64,000 nucleotides of DNA from an uncultured Bacilli bacterium (GCA_934122395.1 CAKOWQ010000001.1:125602-189601); one strand, 5' to 3'; numbered from the stretch's first letter, positions 42,011-51,819 are shown. The notes: a model not told the origin generated them from the letters alone. Made by a program: numbers and translations.

Positions 42011-42040
42011 AAAAAAAACCACTTCTTTTTGAAAAGTGGC
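42011..42040 (-). terminator. Leader terminator (attenuator hairpin) upstream of the ABC exporter
   Basis: Minus strand: GCCACTTTTCAAAAAGAAGTGG plus U8, 8-bp stem. Ends ~10 nt before the RBS GGAGG of the exporter. Confidence 0.6.
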
Positions 42041-42060
42041 TCTATAAATTCTTTATAAGA

Positions 42061-42147
42061 CTAAGCGAAAAAACAAAGAAGTTTCTCCACTTTCTTATTA
42101 TAAACCAACTTTTCTTCATTAAAAACTCTAAAATTAAACTTCTTCAT
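42061..42147 (-). CDS. Putative leader peptide (28 aa) of the ABC exporter attenuator
   Basis: RBS AAAGGAG. MKKFNFRVFNEEKLVYNKKVEKLLCFFA. Lies between the promoter and the leader terminator. Confidence 0.5.
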   Translation of the reverse strand: MKKFNFRVFNEEKLVYNKKVEKLLCFFA

Positions 42148-42179
42148 TTTTTCACTCCTTTCACTTTAAATTCAACATC

Positions 42180-42208
42180 ATCATACCACGCATATATTTA
42201 TGTGTCAA
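42180..42208 (-). promoter_or_regulatory. Sigma-A promoter for the leader and ABC exporter
   Basis: Minus strand: TTGACA, 17 nt, TGgTATGAT (extended -10). Confidence 0.55.
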
Positions 42209-42235
42209 CAAAAAAATGTTAACATTATAATTTTT

Positions 42236-42263
42236 ACAAAATAAAAGAGACTTTTATGTCTCT
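42236..42263 (-). terminator. Intrinsic terminator of spoIVB-like gene
   Basis: Same agagac-ttttat-gtctct hairpin plus U run as downstream of tyrS. Confidence 0.6.
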
Positions 42264-43249
42264 TAATTTTCTCCTTCTTCTAGCATTGTAGTGATAAAGA
42301 TTCCATATCCTTTTTCATTATCATTTACAATAGCGTGAGTAACTGCTCCTATCAATTTATTGTTTTGTACAATAGGACTTCCACTCATTCCTTTAATTAC
42401 ACCATTAGTTTTATTAAGTAATTCTTTATCTGTAATTTCAAATAAGATGTTTTTTGTTTTAGTACTAGTATTAATCTTTAAAATATTAATAGAATATTCT
42501 TCAATCTTATTATCTTTTAATACAGTTAGTATCTTAGCTTCACCAGGGACTATTTCGTTAGGAGACGCAACTTCTATTAAATTATTCGTATTAAATTCAC
42601 TAGTATATGTTCCAAAAATACCGCTTATTGTATTTTCTTTTATATTACCATATACTATTCCCTTATTAAAAATTGCGTTCTTTTCACCAGTAGTAGTTCT
42701 ATCACTTTTAGTTGTTCCTGTAACATCAGATTTAAAGATTTTACCATCTTTTACTTCTATTTTCTGATTAGTATTAGCTTCTATTATTTCATGTCCAAGT
42801 GCTCCATATATTTTAGTTTCAGGGTCAATATAAGTTAATGTACCTATACCAGTAATTTCATCTTTAACGTATAGTCCGGTTTTATATACATCATTATTAT
42901 CACGTACTAAATCCAGTGTAACAGGTATTTCTCTATTACCTCTTGAGATAGTCATTTTTACTTTTGAATCTTTAATATTCTTATTAATTGCTGTAACCAT
43001 ATCACTGATTGAATAAACATTGGTATTAGAAACTCTAATTATTTTATCTCCTATTTCTATACCTGAATTCTTCCCAATATAAGAATCATTTACCTTGTAG
43101 AATCCTACAACCATTATACCTTTGGAATTAACCTCAATTCCGATGTTTTGTCCACCTAAGACAACTTTATTTGAATAAGCATAAGTAGATGTAGGAATTA
43201 CTAGTAAAAGAAGTGAGAAAAAAGTAAGTAGTTTATGTTTAAAATTCAT
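42263..43249 (-). CDS. spoIVB: SpoIVB peptidase (S55) with PDZ domain
   Basis: 328 aa. Signal peptide, PDZ, catalytic Ser motif GMSGSPI. Confidence 0.8.
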   Translation of the reverse strand: MNFKHKLLTFFSLLLLVIPTSTYAYSNKVVLGGQNIGIEVNSKGIMVVGFYKVNDSYIGKNSGIEIGDKIIRVSNTNVYSISDMVTAINKNIKDSKVKMTISRGNREIPVTLDLVRDNNDVYKTGLYVKDEITGIGTLTYIDPETKIYGALGHEIIEANTNQKIEVKDGKIFKSDVTGTTKSDRTTTGEKNAIFNKGIVYGNIKENTISGIFGTYTSEFNTNNLIEVASPNEIVPGEAKILTVLKDNKIEEYSINILKINTSTKTKNILFEITDKELLNKTNGVIKGMSGSPIVQNNKLIGAVTHAIVNDNEKGYGIFITTMLEEGEN

Positions 43250-43319
43250 GGTTCCATCTCCTTTTAAATCAAACTACATTATTATTATCTGCAACAAAAA
43301 AATTACCATAACTGGTAAT

Positions 43320-43541
43320 TTATTCTGCTTTAAAATCTTCTAATGTTCCATCTTTATTTAGTATTTTATTTACGCTTTCTTCGGCATTATTTAGTTTGTC
43401 ATTACAAATTTTGGCAATTTTCATTGCTTCATTAAATTTTGTAATAGCATCATCCAACGGAACGTTACCACTTTCTAAATCTTTAACAATTGTTTCTAAT
43501 TCAGTTAAAGATTCTTCAAAACTTTTTTCTTTAGTTGCCAT
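43320..43541 (-). CDS. xseB: Exodeoxyribonuclease VII small subunit
   Basis: MATKEKSFEESLTELETIVKDLESGNVPLDD is XseB-like. Start chosen at the internal Met of the track ORF. Confidence 0.8.
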   Translation of the reverse strand: MATKEKSFEESLTELETIVKDLESGNVPLDDAITKFNEAMKIAKICNDKLNNAEESVNKILNKDGTLEDFKAE

Positions 43542-43779
43542 TTGGTCTACCACCTTTATTAAATTCATTTCTTATTAAGTTTTCACCACTAGAATTCATT
43601 ATTTGTTTTGATAATTGACGGTCCATTTTAATTTTACTAAATGGATTATTTGCAGTAGGCATTTTATTAATTCCACCTATATTAGTAGGTGTTTTATTAA
43701 TTCCTCCAATATTATTTGGTCTATTAGGAATACCTGCAATATTTCTATTACCAAAACCGTTCATACCATTATTAAACAT
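43531..43779 (-). CDS. Small Asn/Gly-rich tandem-repeat protein
   Basis: RBS AGGAGG overlapping the xseA stop. Decapeptide repeats NIGGINK(T/M)PT encoded by ~30-nt tandem DNA repeats. Overlaps the xseB start by 11 nt, so it is translationally coupled. Confidence 0.55.
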   Translation of the reverse strand: MFNNGMNGFGNRNIAGIPNRPNNIGGINKTPTNIGGINKMPTANNPFSKIKMDRQLSKQIMNSSGENLIRNEFNKGGRPNGN

Positions 43780-43787
43780 GTAACCTC

Positions 43788-45038
43788 CTATAATACTTTA
43801 GCTTCTATATTACCATCTTGTAATTCTATATTAATTATATCATCTTTTTTAATTTTTTTAATACTTTCAATTGCTTTATTATTATGTTTTACAATTGCAT
43901 ATCCTCTTTTTAATGTAAGAATAGGATTTAATGCTTCTAGTTTTTGAATTAAATTATTATATCTATTAGTATTATTAGTTAGTAAATGAGACATACTATT
44001 AACAAGATTATTATTAATTATAATCATCTTATTACTATTATTATTTACTAAATTTTTATAACTTATTAGTAATCTTTCATATAAATTATCGAATTTTTGA
44101 TCTTTTATTTCATATATTGAAATTGGATTTTTTAAAACGAAACTGTTTTCCAATTTTTTAAGTATTTCTTTTTTTACTTTAATATTATTACTTATATTAG
44201 TTGCTAGTCTTAAATTTAATTGATTTAAATACGTTTTAACATCACTCATATTAGGTACAGCCATTTCAGCGGCTCCAGTAGGAGTTGGTGCTCTTAAATC
44301 TGCTACAAAGTCTGATATAGTAAAATCTATTTCGTGTCCTACAGCTGATATTACAGGAGTATCTAATGAATAAATAGCACGAGCAACAATTTCTTCATTG
44401 AATGGCCACAAGTCTTCAATAGATCCGCCACCACGACCTACTATTAAGACATCTAAATCAAAGTTTTTAGATAATTCTATATTACGAACTATATCACTTG
44501 CAGCTTCTTCACCTTGAACTAAACTTGGAAAAAGAATAGTTTTAGCAAGAGGCCAACGTCTTTTAATAGTTGATAATATATCTTTAATAGCTGCTCCAGT
44601 TGGAGCGGTAATAATTCCTATTGTGTTTGGTATTTTAGGTATTTTTTTCTTGTGTTTTGGATCAAATAGGCCCTCTTGTTCAAGTTTCTTTTTTAATTGT
44701 TCAAAAGCAATATATAAGTTACCTACTCCATCTTCTAACATTTCATTTACGTAGATTTGATATCCACCAGTTGCTTCATATACACTTATTTTACCCGATA
44801 CTAAAACTTTCATACCATCAGTTGGAACAAATTTTATTTTAGATGCACTCGATGAAAACATAACAGCATTTATTCTAGTGTTCTCATCTTTAATTGTAAA
44901 ATAGAAATGGCCTCTAGTATGAGCCTTAAAGTTAGATATTTCTCCTTTTAAGTAAACGTTTTCTAGATTAACGTCATTATCTATTTTGTACTTGATATAT
45001 TTAGTTAATTGGGTAACAGTAATATAATTACGTTCCAT
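43788..45038 (-). CDS. xseA: Exodeoxyribonuclease VII large subunit
   Basis: 416 aa. N-terminal OB fold and XseA catalytic domain. Confidence 0.88.
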   Translation of the reverse strand: MERNYITVTQLTKYIKYKIDNDVNLENVYLKGEISNFKAHTRGHFYFTIKDENTRINAVMFSSSASKIKFVPTDGMKVLVSGKISVYEATGGYQIYVNEMLEDGVGNLYIAFEQLKKKLEQEGLFDPKHKKKIPKIPNTIGIITAPTGAAIKDILSTIKRRWPLAKTILFPSLVQGEEAASDIVRNIELSKNFDLDVLIVGRGGGSIEDLWPFNEEIVARAIYSLDTPVISAVGHEIDFTISDFVADLRAPTPTGAAEMAVPNMSDVKTYLNQLNLRLATNISNNIKVKKEILKKLENSFVLKNPISIYEIKDQKFDNLYERLLISYKNLVNNNSNKMIIINNNLVNSMSHLLTNNTNRYNNLIQKLEALNPILTLKRGYAIVKHNNKAIESIKKIKKDDIINIELQDGNIEAKVL

Positions 45039-45040
45039 TA

Positions 45041-45439
45041 TTAAACCTCGTTATGATATATCTTATCTAAAGTAGCATTTAACATCTTAGTAACTTTTTC
45101 ATCACTATATTTTTTAGAAAGTTCAATTGCTTCGTTAATTGCAACAACACTTGGAGTTTCAGTATAAAGTAATTCATAAATACCGATACTTAATATAGCT
45201 TTATCAACTTTACTTAATCTATCAATATTCCAATTTGCTAAATACTTATTAGCTATTTCAGAAATTTTTTCTTGATTAGTAACAACTCCATTTACTAGTT
45301 CATTTACAAAATCATTTTCTACTTCTAATTGTTCTTTAATTAAACTTTTTACATCATATGAAGTATTAGTATTTTCTAATATATAGACTTGGTATAATAC
45401 CTTCATACTTATTTCTCTTAATTCACTTCTGTTTTTCAT
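45041..45439 (-). CDS. nusB: Transcription antitermination factor NusB
   Basis: 132 aa NusB-like. Synteny nusB–xseA–xseB. Confidence 0.85.
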   Translation of the reverse strand: MKNRSELREISMKVLYQVYILENTNTSYDVKSLIKEQLEVENDFVNELVNGVVTNQEKISEIANKYLANWNIDRLSKVDKAILSIGIYELLYTETPSVVAINEAIELSKKYSDEKVTKMLNATLDKIYHNEV

Positions 45440-45509
45440 ATAACTTCACCTACAAAGATTTTATCATAAATAAAAAACAAAGTCATTATAAACTTTGCTT
45501 TTTCTACTG

Positions 45510-46778
45510 TTATTTAAATTCGAAATAGAAATCAAGGATACGAACCATATCTCCTTCTTTACAACCCATTTCTACTAGTTTGTCATCTATTCCCATCTTT
45601 CTTAGCTTGTTAGTAAATCTTTGAATACCTTCTTCAGTAGTAAATTTAGTCATCTTGAATAATTTTTCTATTTCTTCCCCACGAATTACATATTCATCAT
45701 TTTCTTTTACAATTGTATAAGGCTCTTCTTTCTTAAATTTATATAATACATGTGACTCGAATGCTTCTTCTTCATATAAAGGCGTTACCGGTATTTCATC
45801 TAACATATCAGCAAGATGAGTTAAGACATCTTCAAGGCCTTCATTTGATATTGCTGATACAGGATAGATTGGAGCGTTTACTTTCTTTTTAAAGTTTTCT
45901 AAATTTTCTTTAGCATTTTCCATATCCATTTTATTAGCAATAATTAATTGGGGTTTATTAAGAATTTTAGGATTAAAGTTTTCTAGTTCTTTATTAATTA
46001 AGACATAATCATCGTATGGAGCTCTTCCTTCAAAACCTGACATATCAATAACATGTGCGATTACTCTAGTACGTTCAATATGTCTTAAGAAACGGTCTCC
46101 TAAACCTTCGCCTAGGGATGCTCCTTCAATTAACCCTGGCAAATCGGCCATAACGAAGCTTCTACCGTCTTTAGTTCTACATACTCCAAGATTAGGTGTT
46201 AAAGTAGTAAAGTGATATGCTGCTATTTTAGGTTTAGATGCAGATACTTTAGAAATAATAGTACTTTTACCAACACTAGGTAATCCAACCAATCCAACAT
46301 CAGCAAGTAGTTTTAATTCTACTTTTAATGTTCGTTCTTCTCCAGGTTCACCATTTTCAGCAAAATTAGGAGCAGGATTACTTTGAGTTTTAAAAGCAGT
46401 ATTTCCTCTACCACCTCTACCACCATATGCTACAACAACTTCATCATTTTTATGTTTTAAATCAGCTAGGATTAAACCAGTATCGTTATCAGTTACTACT
46501 GTTCCTTGTGGTACTTTTATAATAATATCTTTAGCTGCTGCTCCATTTTGATTTTTACCTCTTCCGTTTTCGCCTTTATCACCTTTAATTTTTTTCATAT
46601 AACGTAAATCAATCAAGGTATGAAGCCCTTCGTCTACTACAAATTTTATATCTGATCCTTTACCACCGTTACCACCATATGGTCCACCCATTGGTATATA
46701 TTTTTCACGTCTAAAAGCTAGACATCCATCTCCACCATGCCCTGCTTCTACTTTAATAATTACTTCATCTATAAACAT
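45510..46778 (-). CDS. obg: GTPase Obg
   Basis: N-terminal Gly-rich Obg fold (GGDGCLAFRREKYIPMGGPYGGNGGKG). G1 GLPSVGKST. C-terminal OCT domain. Confidence 0.93.
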   Translation of the reverse strand: MFIDEVIIKVEAGHGGDGCLAFRREKYIPMGGPYGGNGGKGSDIKFVVDEGLHTLIDLRYMKKIKGDKGENGRGKNQNGAAAKDIIIKVPQGTVVTDNDTGLILADLKHKNDEVVVAYGGRGGRGNTAFKTQSNPAPNFAENGEPGEERTLKVELKLLADVGLVGLPSVGKSTIISKVSASKPKIAAYHFTTLTPNLGVCRTKDGRSFVMADLPGLIEGASLGEGLGDRFLRHIERTRVIAHVIDMSGFEGRAPYDDYVLINKELENFNPKILNKPQLIIANKMDMENAKENLENFKKKVNAPIYPVSAISNEGLEDVLTHLADMLDEIPVTPLYEEEAFESHVLYKFKKEEPYTIVKENDEYVIRGEEIEKLFKMTKFTTEEGIQRFTNKLRKMGIDDKLVEMGCKEGDMVRILDFYFEFK

Positions 46779-46841
46779 AACGTCACCCCTTTTAAACAGT
46801 CAAATTATATCATAATTGCATCAAAATAACAATTATTTATC

Positions 46842-47528
46842 TTACATCTTAACTTCTTTTATAGTTTTTATTTTTTGCTTTTCAATAGAACTCATATTAT
46901 ATGTAGTAAAATAGTCATAAAATCTTATACTTTTAGGTATTTCTATTAAACCATCACCTGCTACAGTATAATTATAAGACTTTTCATTAAGTCTAATAGC
47001 AGTATAATGATCACCATGATTAGAACATACATAGTAATAATAAAACACTTTTTCATCACTTGGATAAACCAATATACTATCTACTGGTGGTTTATTATCT
47101 AAAAGATATTCTTCCACAAATACATCATTATATTCACTAGGACTATCAGCAGCACCTATAACAATCTTCTTATATAAATTTCTTTTAAAGTTTTTAAAAG
47201 TGTTTTCAGTTATTGTAAAATTAGTAGTAGGAATTATATCCTCATATTCTAATTGATACAAACATTCATTAACTCTAGAATCATGTTTGATTGGATAAAA
47301 TCTAGATCTAAGAATAGTACCATTTCTTTTAGAAGTATTAGTTGTTAATGGACATCCAAAGAAATAATCGGCATTAAGACTAGTAATCAAATACATTGCT
47401 CTTTTCCCAAACAACTCTTGATCCGGTCTATCATAATAAATTTTTCTATTAGCCCATACAACTGTACCTGGATGTAAATCTTTTTTTAATGTATACATAA
47501 AATCACCTTGGCACATATTGTAATTCAA
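46842..47528 (-). CDS. Hypothetical protein at the spo0B position
   Basis: 228 aa between obg and rpmA, where Bacillus has spo0B. No resemblance to Spo0B. Confidence 0.4.
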   Translation of the reverse strand: MNYNMCQGDFMYTLKKDLHPGTVVWANRKIYYDRPDQELFGKRAMYLITSLNADYFFGCPLTTNTSKRNGTILRSRFYPIKHDSRVNECLYQLEYEDIIPTTNFTITENTFKNFKRNLYKKIVIGAADSPSEYNDVFVEEYLLDNKPPVDSILVYPSDEKVFYYYYVCSNHGDHYTAIRLNEKSYNYTVAGDGLIEIPKSIRFYDYFTTYNMSSIEKQKIKTIKEVKM

Positions 47529-47572
47529 GTATAAATTAAAGTCAAATAAAAATAAAGCTTAGAGCTTTAGTT

Positions 47573-47713
47573 TCAATTTTTTTTAGTAAACATTGTAATA
47601 CCTAATAGTATTATTACAAATATTAATAATACTATAATTATGTTATTAATCGTTTGTTGTGTTAATAAGTTGCTATTTGCAATAGCATTAAATAATGCAT
47701 TAAATTCTTTCAT
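47573..47713 (-). CDS. Small membrane peptide (46 aa), speculative
   Basis: MKEFNALFNAIANSNLLTQQTINNIIIVLLIFVIILLGITMFTKKN. Confidence 0.25.
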   Translation of the reverse strand: MKEFNALFNAIANSNLLTQQTINNIIIVLLIFVIILLGITMFTKKN

Positions 47714-48005
47714 AAAATCATTCCTTTACTTCTATTGTCTTTATTAATAATATCGATTTTTGGCGCAAAAATAATATAAATATAGATGTCTATACTTATA
47801 TTATTTAAAAATATATATTATTAATTACCCTCATGTAATTATATTAGAAAGGGTTGTTAAATTTAATCTGTTATAACTTTGATAGATGAAAAAAGAAATA
47901 TTTATTATCTATTTTCTCTATCGTTTTATCATTATACCTTCTATTAGTATTTAGAACAATAAATATATAAAAAATTTCACAAATATTTTTTTATTTAACG
48001 TAAAG

Positions 48006-48040
48006 AAAAAAGGAAATAAAAAAACAGTATTAAATACTGT
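48006..48040 (-). terminator. Intrinsic terminator of the rplU–prp–rpmA operon
   Basis: acagtatttaatactgt hairpin plus U7 on the minus strand. Confidence 0.6.
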
Positions 48041-48041
48041 C

Positions 48042-48329
48042 TTATTCAGCTGGATAACAACTTACTTGTTTTTTATCTTTTCCAACGCTTTCAAATTTTA
48101 CTACACCAGTTACTGTAGTGTATAATGTATCATCATTACCTTTTCTTACATTAACACCTGGAAATATTTTAGTTCCTCTTTGTCTATATAAAATAGATCC
48201 AGCACTAACTAATTCTCCATCAGCTGCTTTTGCTCCTAATCTACGTCCTTTAGAATCACGTCCATTAGATGTAGAACCTTGTCCTTTGTGGTGAGCAAAT
48301 AACTGGATATTTAACTTTAACATATTCAT
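48042..48329 (-). CDS. rpmA: 50S ribosomal protein L27 (with N-terminal propeptide)
   Basis: [11 protein letters not shown]|[15 protein letters not shown]. Firmicutes-type cleavable N-extension. Confidence 0.95.
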   Translation of the reverse strand: MNMLKLNIQLFAHHKGQGSTSNGRDSKGRRLGAKAADGELVSAGSILYRQRGTKIFPGVNVRKGNDDTLYTTVTGVVKFESVGKDKKQVSCYPAE

Positions 48330-48637
48330 CGCATTTCCTCCTTTATCTTAATATTACTTGGATAATCATTTTCTAATTCTTTTAATAAATCTAACATATT
48401 AGTAATTAAGTTATTAACTACTTCATTCCAAGTATTAATAGTAATTGTAAGTTTATCTTTTTCTTCTTTATAAGAAATATAATCTTTATTAAATCTTATT
48501 ATCGCATTTATTGTTGTTGTAACTATTGATGAAGCTGCACTACATACGATATCTTTTCCAAAGTCATCATAACAAGCATGACCAGTAAGAATAACTTTCT
48601 CAATATTTTTATTTACTAATACATTTACTTTAATCAT
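48326..48637 (-). CDS. prp: Ribosomal-processing cysteine protease Prp
   Basis: 103 aa between rplU and rpmA. His/Cys dyad motifs …[21 protein letters not shown]. Confidence 0.85.
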   Translation of the reverse strand: MIKVNVLVNKNIEKVILTGHACYDDFGKDIVCSAASSIVTTTINAIIRFNKDYISYKEEKDKLTITINTWNEVVNNLITNMLDLLKELENDYPSNIKIKEEMR

Positions 48638-48641
48638 TTTA

Positions 48642-48944
48642 TTATCCTTTAATTTTTTCTATAACAACTTTAGTATAAGGTTGTCTATGACCTTGTTTAC
48701 GGCGATTACTTCTATCTTTTTGTTTATATTTGAAGATTGTAATCTTAGGTTGTTTACCTTGTTTTTCGATTTTTCCTTCAACCGTAACAGATTCAAGATA
48801 AGGATTTCCTACTTTCCCATCACATAATAATACTTCTGTAAATACTACTTTGTCACCTACTTTACCATCTAGTTTTTCAACGTAAATAGTATCTCCTTCA
48901 GCAACATAGTATTGTTTACCACCAGTTAAAATTACTGCTTTCAT
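48642..48944 (-). CDS. rplU: 50S ribosomal protein L21
   Basis: 100 aa. [18 protein letters not shown]. Confidence 0.95.
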   Translation of the reverse strand: MKAVILTGGKQYYVAEGDTIYVEKLDGKVGDKVVFTEVLLCDGKVGNPYLESVTVEGKIEKQGKQPKITIFKYKQKDRSNRRKQGHRQPYTKVVIEKIKG

Positions 48945-49103
48945 TTTTTTACCTCCTTTATATATTTCTAGACTCGCTTTTAAGGTAACAATTACTTGTT
49001 TTATAACCTAATCAATGCGGTTTGAGCTATAAAGGCTACAAACAAGAAGATTTTATCATAATTATTTACCCAAGTCAATAAAAAAAGACTATTATAGCCT
49101 TTC

Positions 49104-49313
49104 TTACATATATTTTTCCATTGATTTCATCATTTGATTAACTTGCTTTTGAGATGGTTTTCTTCCCATTTGAGTCATTAAAGCTTTAATCATTTCTTCA
49201 TTTATAGGTGGATTTTTCTTTAAATAATTAGTCATTACTTTTTTTGATACAAAGAAGCCAATTACAAATCCTACTATGATACCAATTACTACTTGTAATA
49301 TATCTAGCCACAT
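49104..49313 (-). CDS. yneF: UPF0154/YneF family small membrane protein
   Basis: 69 aa. …[34 protein letters not shown]. Confidence 0.75.
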   Translation of the reverse strand: MWLDILQVVIGIIVGFVIGFFVSKKVMTNYLKKNPPINEEMIKALMTQMGRKPSQKQVNQMMKSMEKYM

Positions 49314-49356
49314 ATTAATTCATCTCCTTACTACCATTTTACTAAATTTATCTATT

Positions 49357-49800
49357 TTATACAAGTAATTTAACGTCCCTTAAAAAGAAATAATCATTAT
49401 TATTGAAGTCACATACAAATAATTTAGAATCATAATTATTTAAAAGAGCAAAAAACTCAGTATAACTTTTGTTAGAATTAATTAATATATAAGTACCTTT
49501 TACTCTTAAAACGCTTACTTCATCTTTATACAAATTATTTAATATATGATTTTCTCCTTTTTTACTATATTTCATTTTAGTATGTAGTAATACATATAAA
49601 TACTTATCTAGATCAAACTTATTTATTCTATTAATCATTTGATTAAATAAAGTAAATCCATAACCTATTTCATTTCTTTTCATGTAGTACATTTGATTTA
49701 AAATATTATATAGTGTTCTAGGACTATCTTTATATAACTCAATGTATTCATCTTTAATTTTAAATACAAAATATATTCTCACTTTATCACCCAATATCAA
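49357..49800 (-). CDS. SirA/YneE-like protein (sporulation inhibitor of replication), tentative
   Basis: 147 aa. tkt–sirA–yneF synteny as in B. subtilis. N-terminal Y-x-F-x-IK-x-EY pattern. Confidence 0.4.
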   Translation of the reverse strand: MILGDKVRIYFVFKIKDEYIELYKDSPRTLYNILNQMYYMKRNEIGYGFTLFNQMINRINKFDLDKYLYVLLHTKMKYSKKGENHILNNLYKDEVSVLRVKGTYILINSNKSYTEFFALLNNYDSKLFVCDFNNNDYFFLRDVKLLV

Positions 49801-49842
49801 TATACAAAAGGTATTGGGATCTTTTTGTCAAAAAAAGAGAAA

Positions 49843-51819
49843 CTATTTTAAAAGTTTCTCTATTTTATCTGCAATTTTTTCACTATCAAATCCATAATGT
49901 TCTAATAAGTCTTTTCTGTTACCACTAGAACCAAAAGAATCTACTGTAAATAAATGTTCAGGATCATTAGTATATTTATACCAAGAGTATGAAGAAGATA
50001 ATTCTATTACAAAGACATCTTTTAAAGGTGGAATGATACTTTCTTGATATTTTTTAGTTTGACGTTCAAATAAACTAGTAGATGGCATTGATACAAGTCT
50101 TATTGCTATACCACGTTCTGTTAATATTCTATAAACATCATGAGCAAGGCTCATTTCTTCACCATCAGATATTAGAACTGCCTCTAGTTCTCCATGTTCT
50201 TCTTCTAAAATATAAGCGCCTTTCTTTACTTCATTTACTTTAGTAAATGGACTTAATTCGACTTTATTTCTACTAAGTATTAGGCAAGATGGACGTCTAG
50301 ATTCTAATATTGTTTTATATGCCCCTAAAGTTTCGTTAGCGTCATATGGACGATATACATCAATATTAGGAGTAGATCTTAACATTACTAACTGCTCAAC
50401 TGGCTGATGGGTTGGACCATCTTCTCCTACTGTTATAGAATCGTGAGTAAATACATATATAACTGGTAGATTCATAAGAGCACTCATTCTAAGAGCTGGT
50501 TTCAAATAATCAGAGAACGAGAAGAATGTTGATACAAACGGTGTTATTCCTGTTAGTGCTAATCCATTAGCGATACAAGCCATAGCATGTTCTCTTATAC
50601 CAAAATTAATGTTTCTATTATTAGGAGTGCTATTAGAAAAAGCTTCTTCACCTTCTATTTTAGCATGAGTAGAAGATGCAACGTCAGCACTTCCTCCCAT
50701 TATAAATGGATAATTTTTAGCAATAGAATTTAATATTTTACCAGATGATACTCTAGTTGCTTCATATCCATCTTCTGGTACTTCATAATATATATCTTTA
50801 ACTTTTAAAGGTTCTTTATTATTAATACTGTTTAATTCATCAAGTTTTTCTTGTGGAAGTAGTTCTACATTATGTTTCCATATATTATAGGTTTCATTAT
50901 TACGTTCAGCTATACAAGCTCTAAAGTTAGTTACAGCTTCACTTGATACTGAAAAAGGAATATCTCTTAAATTTAGTTTTTCTTTTATATTTTTAATATC
51001 TTCCTCATCTAATGGTGAACCATGAACTTTAGATGTTCCTTGGTATTTAGAAAACTTACCAATAGTAGTTTTTACTTCAATAATGGTTGGCCTATCACTT
51101 GCCTTAGCTTTTACTATAGCAGCATCAATACTTGCTGTATCTTCTCCATCACTTACTAAAATATAGTTCCAACCAATTGACTCAAATCTTAACTTTGTAT
51201 TTTCAATTGTTGCATTAGATAGTTCTCCATCTAAAGTAATATTATTTGAGTCATATAAAACAATTAATTTATTTAATGATAGTTTTCCTGCAAGGGATAA
51301 AGCTTCATAGCTAACACCTTCCATCAAGTCTCCATCACCACATAGGACGTATGTATAATGGTTAATTATATCTTTTCCAAAGTAATTTGATAAATATGCT
51401 TCACCAATTGCCATACCAACACTTGATGCAATGCCTTGACCCAAAGGGCCAGTAGAAATATCCACTCCTTTAGTAATACCATATTCAGGATGTCCTGGAG
51501 TAATCGATCCAAACTGTCTAAAAGACTCAAGGTCATTTAACTCAATAGGGAAACCTGCCATATATAGTGTTGCATATAAAAGACTTGAACCATGTCCTGC
51601 AGATAATACAAATCTATCTCTATCTATCCATTTATCATCGGTTGCCATAAACTTTAAGTGATTAGTATATAGAGTTGCAATAATTGGTGCTGCGCCTAAA
51701 GCTATACCTGGATGTCCACTCTTTGCTTTAGCAATAATATCTATACTCAAGCCTCTTAAATTATCAATTATCTTCTTATCGACTTGTCCTTCTTTACTTT
51801 CTTTCTTTAATAAGTTCAT
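49843..51819 (-). CDS. tkt: Transketolase
   Basis: 658 aa. TPP-binding GHPG…, GDGDLMEG motif. Confidence 0.95.
   Translation of the reverse strand: MNLLKKESKEGQVDKKIIDNLRGLSIDIIAKAKSGHPGIALGAAPIIATLYTNHLKFMATDDKWIDRDRFVLSAGHGSSLLYATLYMAGFPIELNDLESFRQFGSITPGHPEYGITKGVDISTGPLGQGIASSVGMAIGEAYLSNYFGKDIINHYTYVLCGDGDLMEGVSYEALSLAGKLSLNKLIVLYDSNNITLDGELSNATIENTKLRFESIGWNYILVSDGEDTASIDAAIVKAKASDRPTIIEVKTTIGKFSKYQGTSKVHGSPLDEEDIKNIKEKLNLRDIPFSVSSEAVTNFRACIAERNNETYNIWKHNVELLPQEKLDELNSINNKEPLKVKDIYYEVPEDGYEATRVSSGKILNSIAKNYPFIMGGSADVASSTHAKIEGEEAFSNSTPNNRNINFGIREHAMACIANGLALTGITPFVSTFFSFSDYLKPALRMSALMNLPVIYVFTHDSITVGEDGPTHQPVEQLVMLRSTPNIDVYRPYDANETLGAYKTILESRRPSCLILSRNKVELSPFTKVNEVKKGAYILEEEHGELEAVLISDGEEMSLAHDVYRILTERGIAIRLVSMPSTSLFERQTKKYQESIIPPLKDVFVIELSSSYSWYKYTNDPEHLFTVDSFGSSGNRKDLLEHYGFDSEKIADKIEKLLK

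Noticed and set aside
41977-42222. 81-aa plus-strand ORF over the exporter leader region
   Set aside because: The opposite strand carries a coherent promoter–RBS–leader ORF–terminator–RBS arrangement feeding the ABC gene. The plus-strand ORF has no RBS and a low-complexity product.
42360-42767. 135-aa plus-strand ORF inside spoIVB
   Set aside because: Antisense to a gene with a catalytic Ser motif.
43615-43947. 110-aa plus-strand ORF overlapping the NG-repeat gene and xseA
   Set aside because: Antisense. The minus strand shows translational coupling signals.
48945-49100. Possible L21 leader RNA upstream of rplU
   Set aside because: The position is plausible, but I could not verify the conserved structure by eye.
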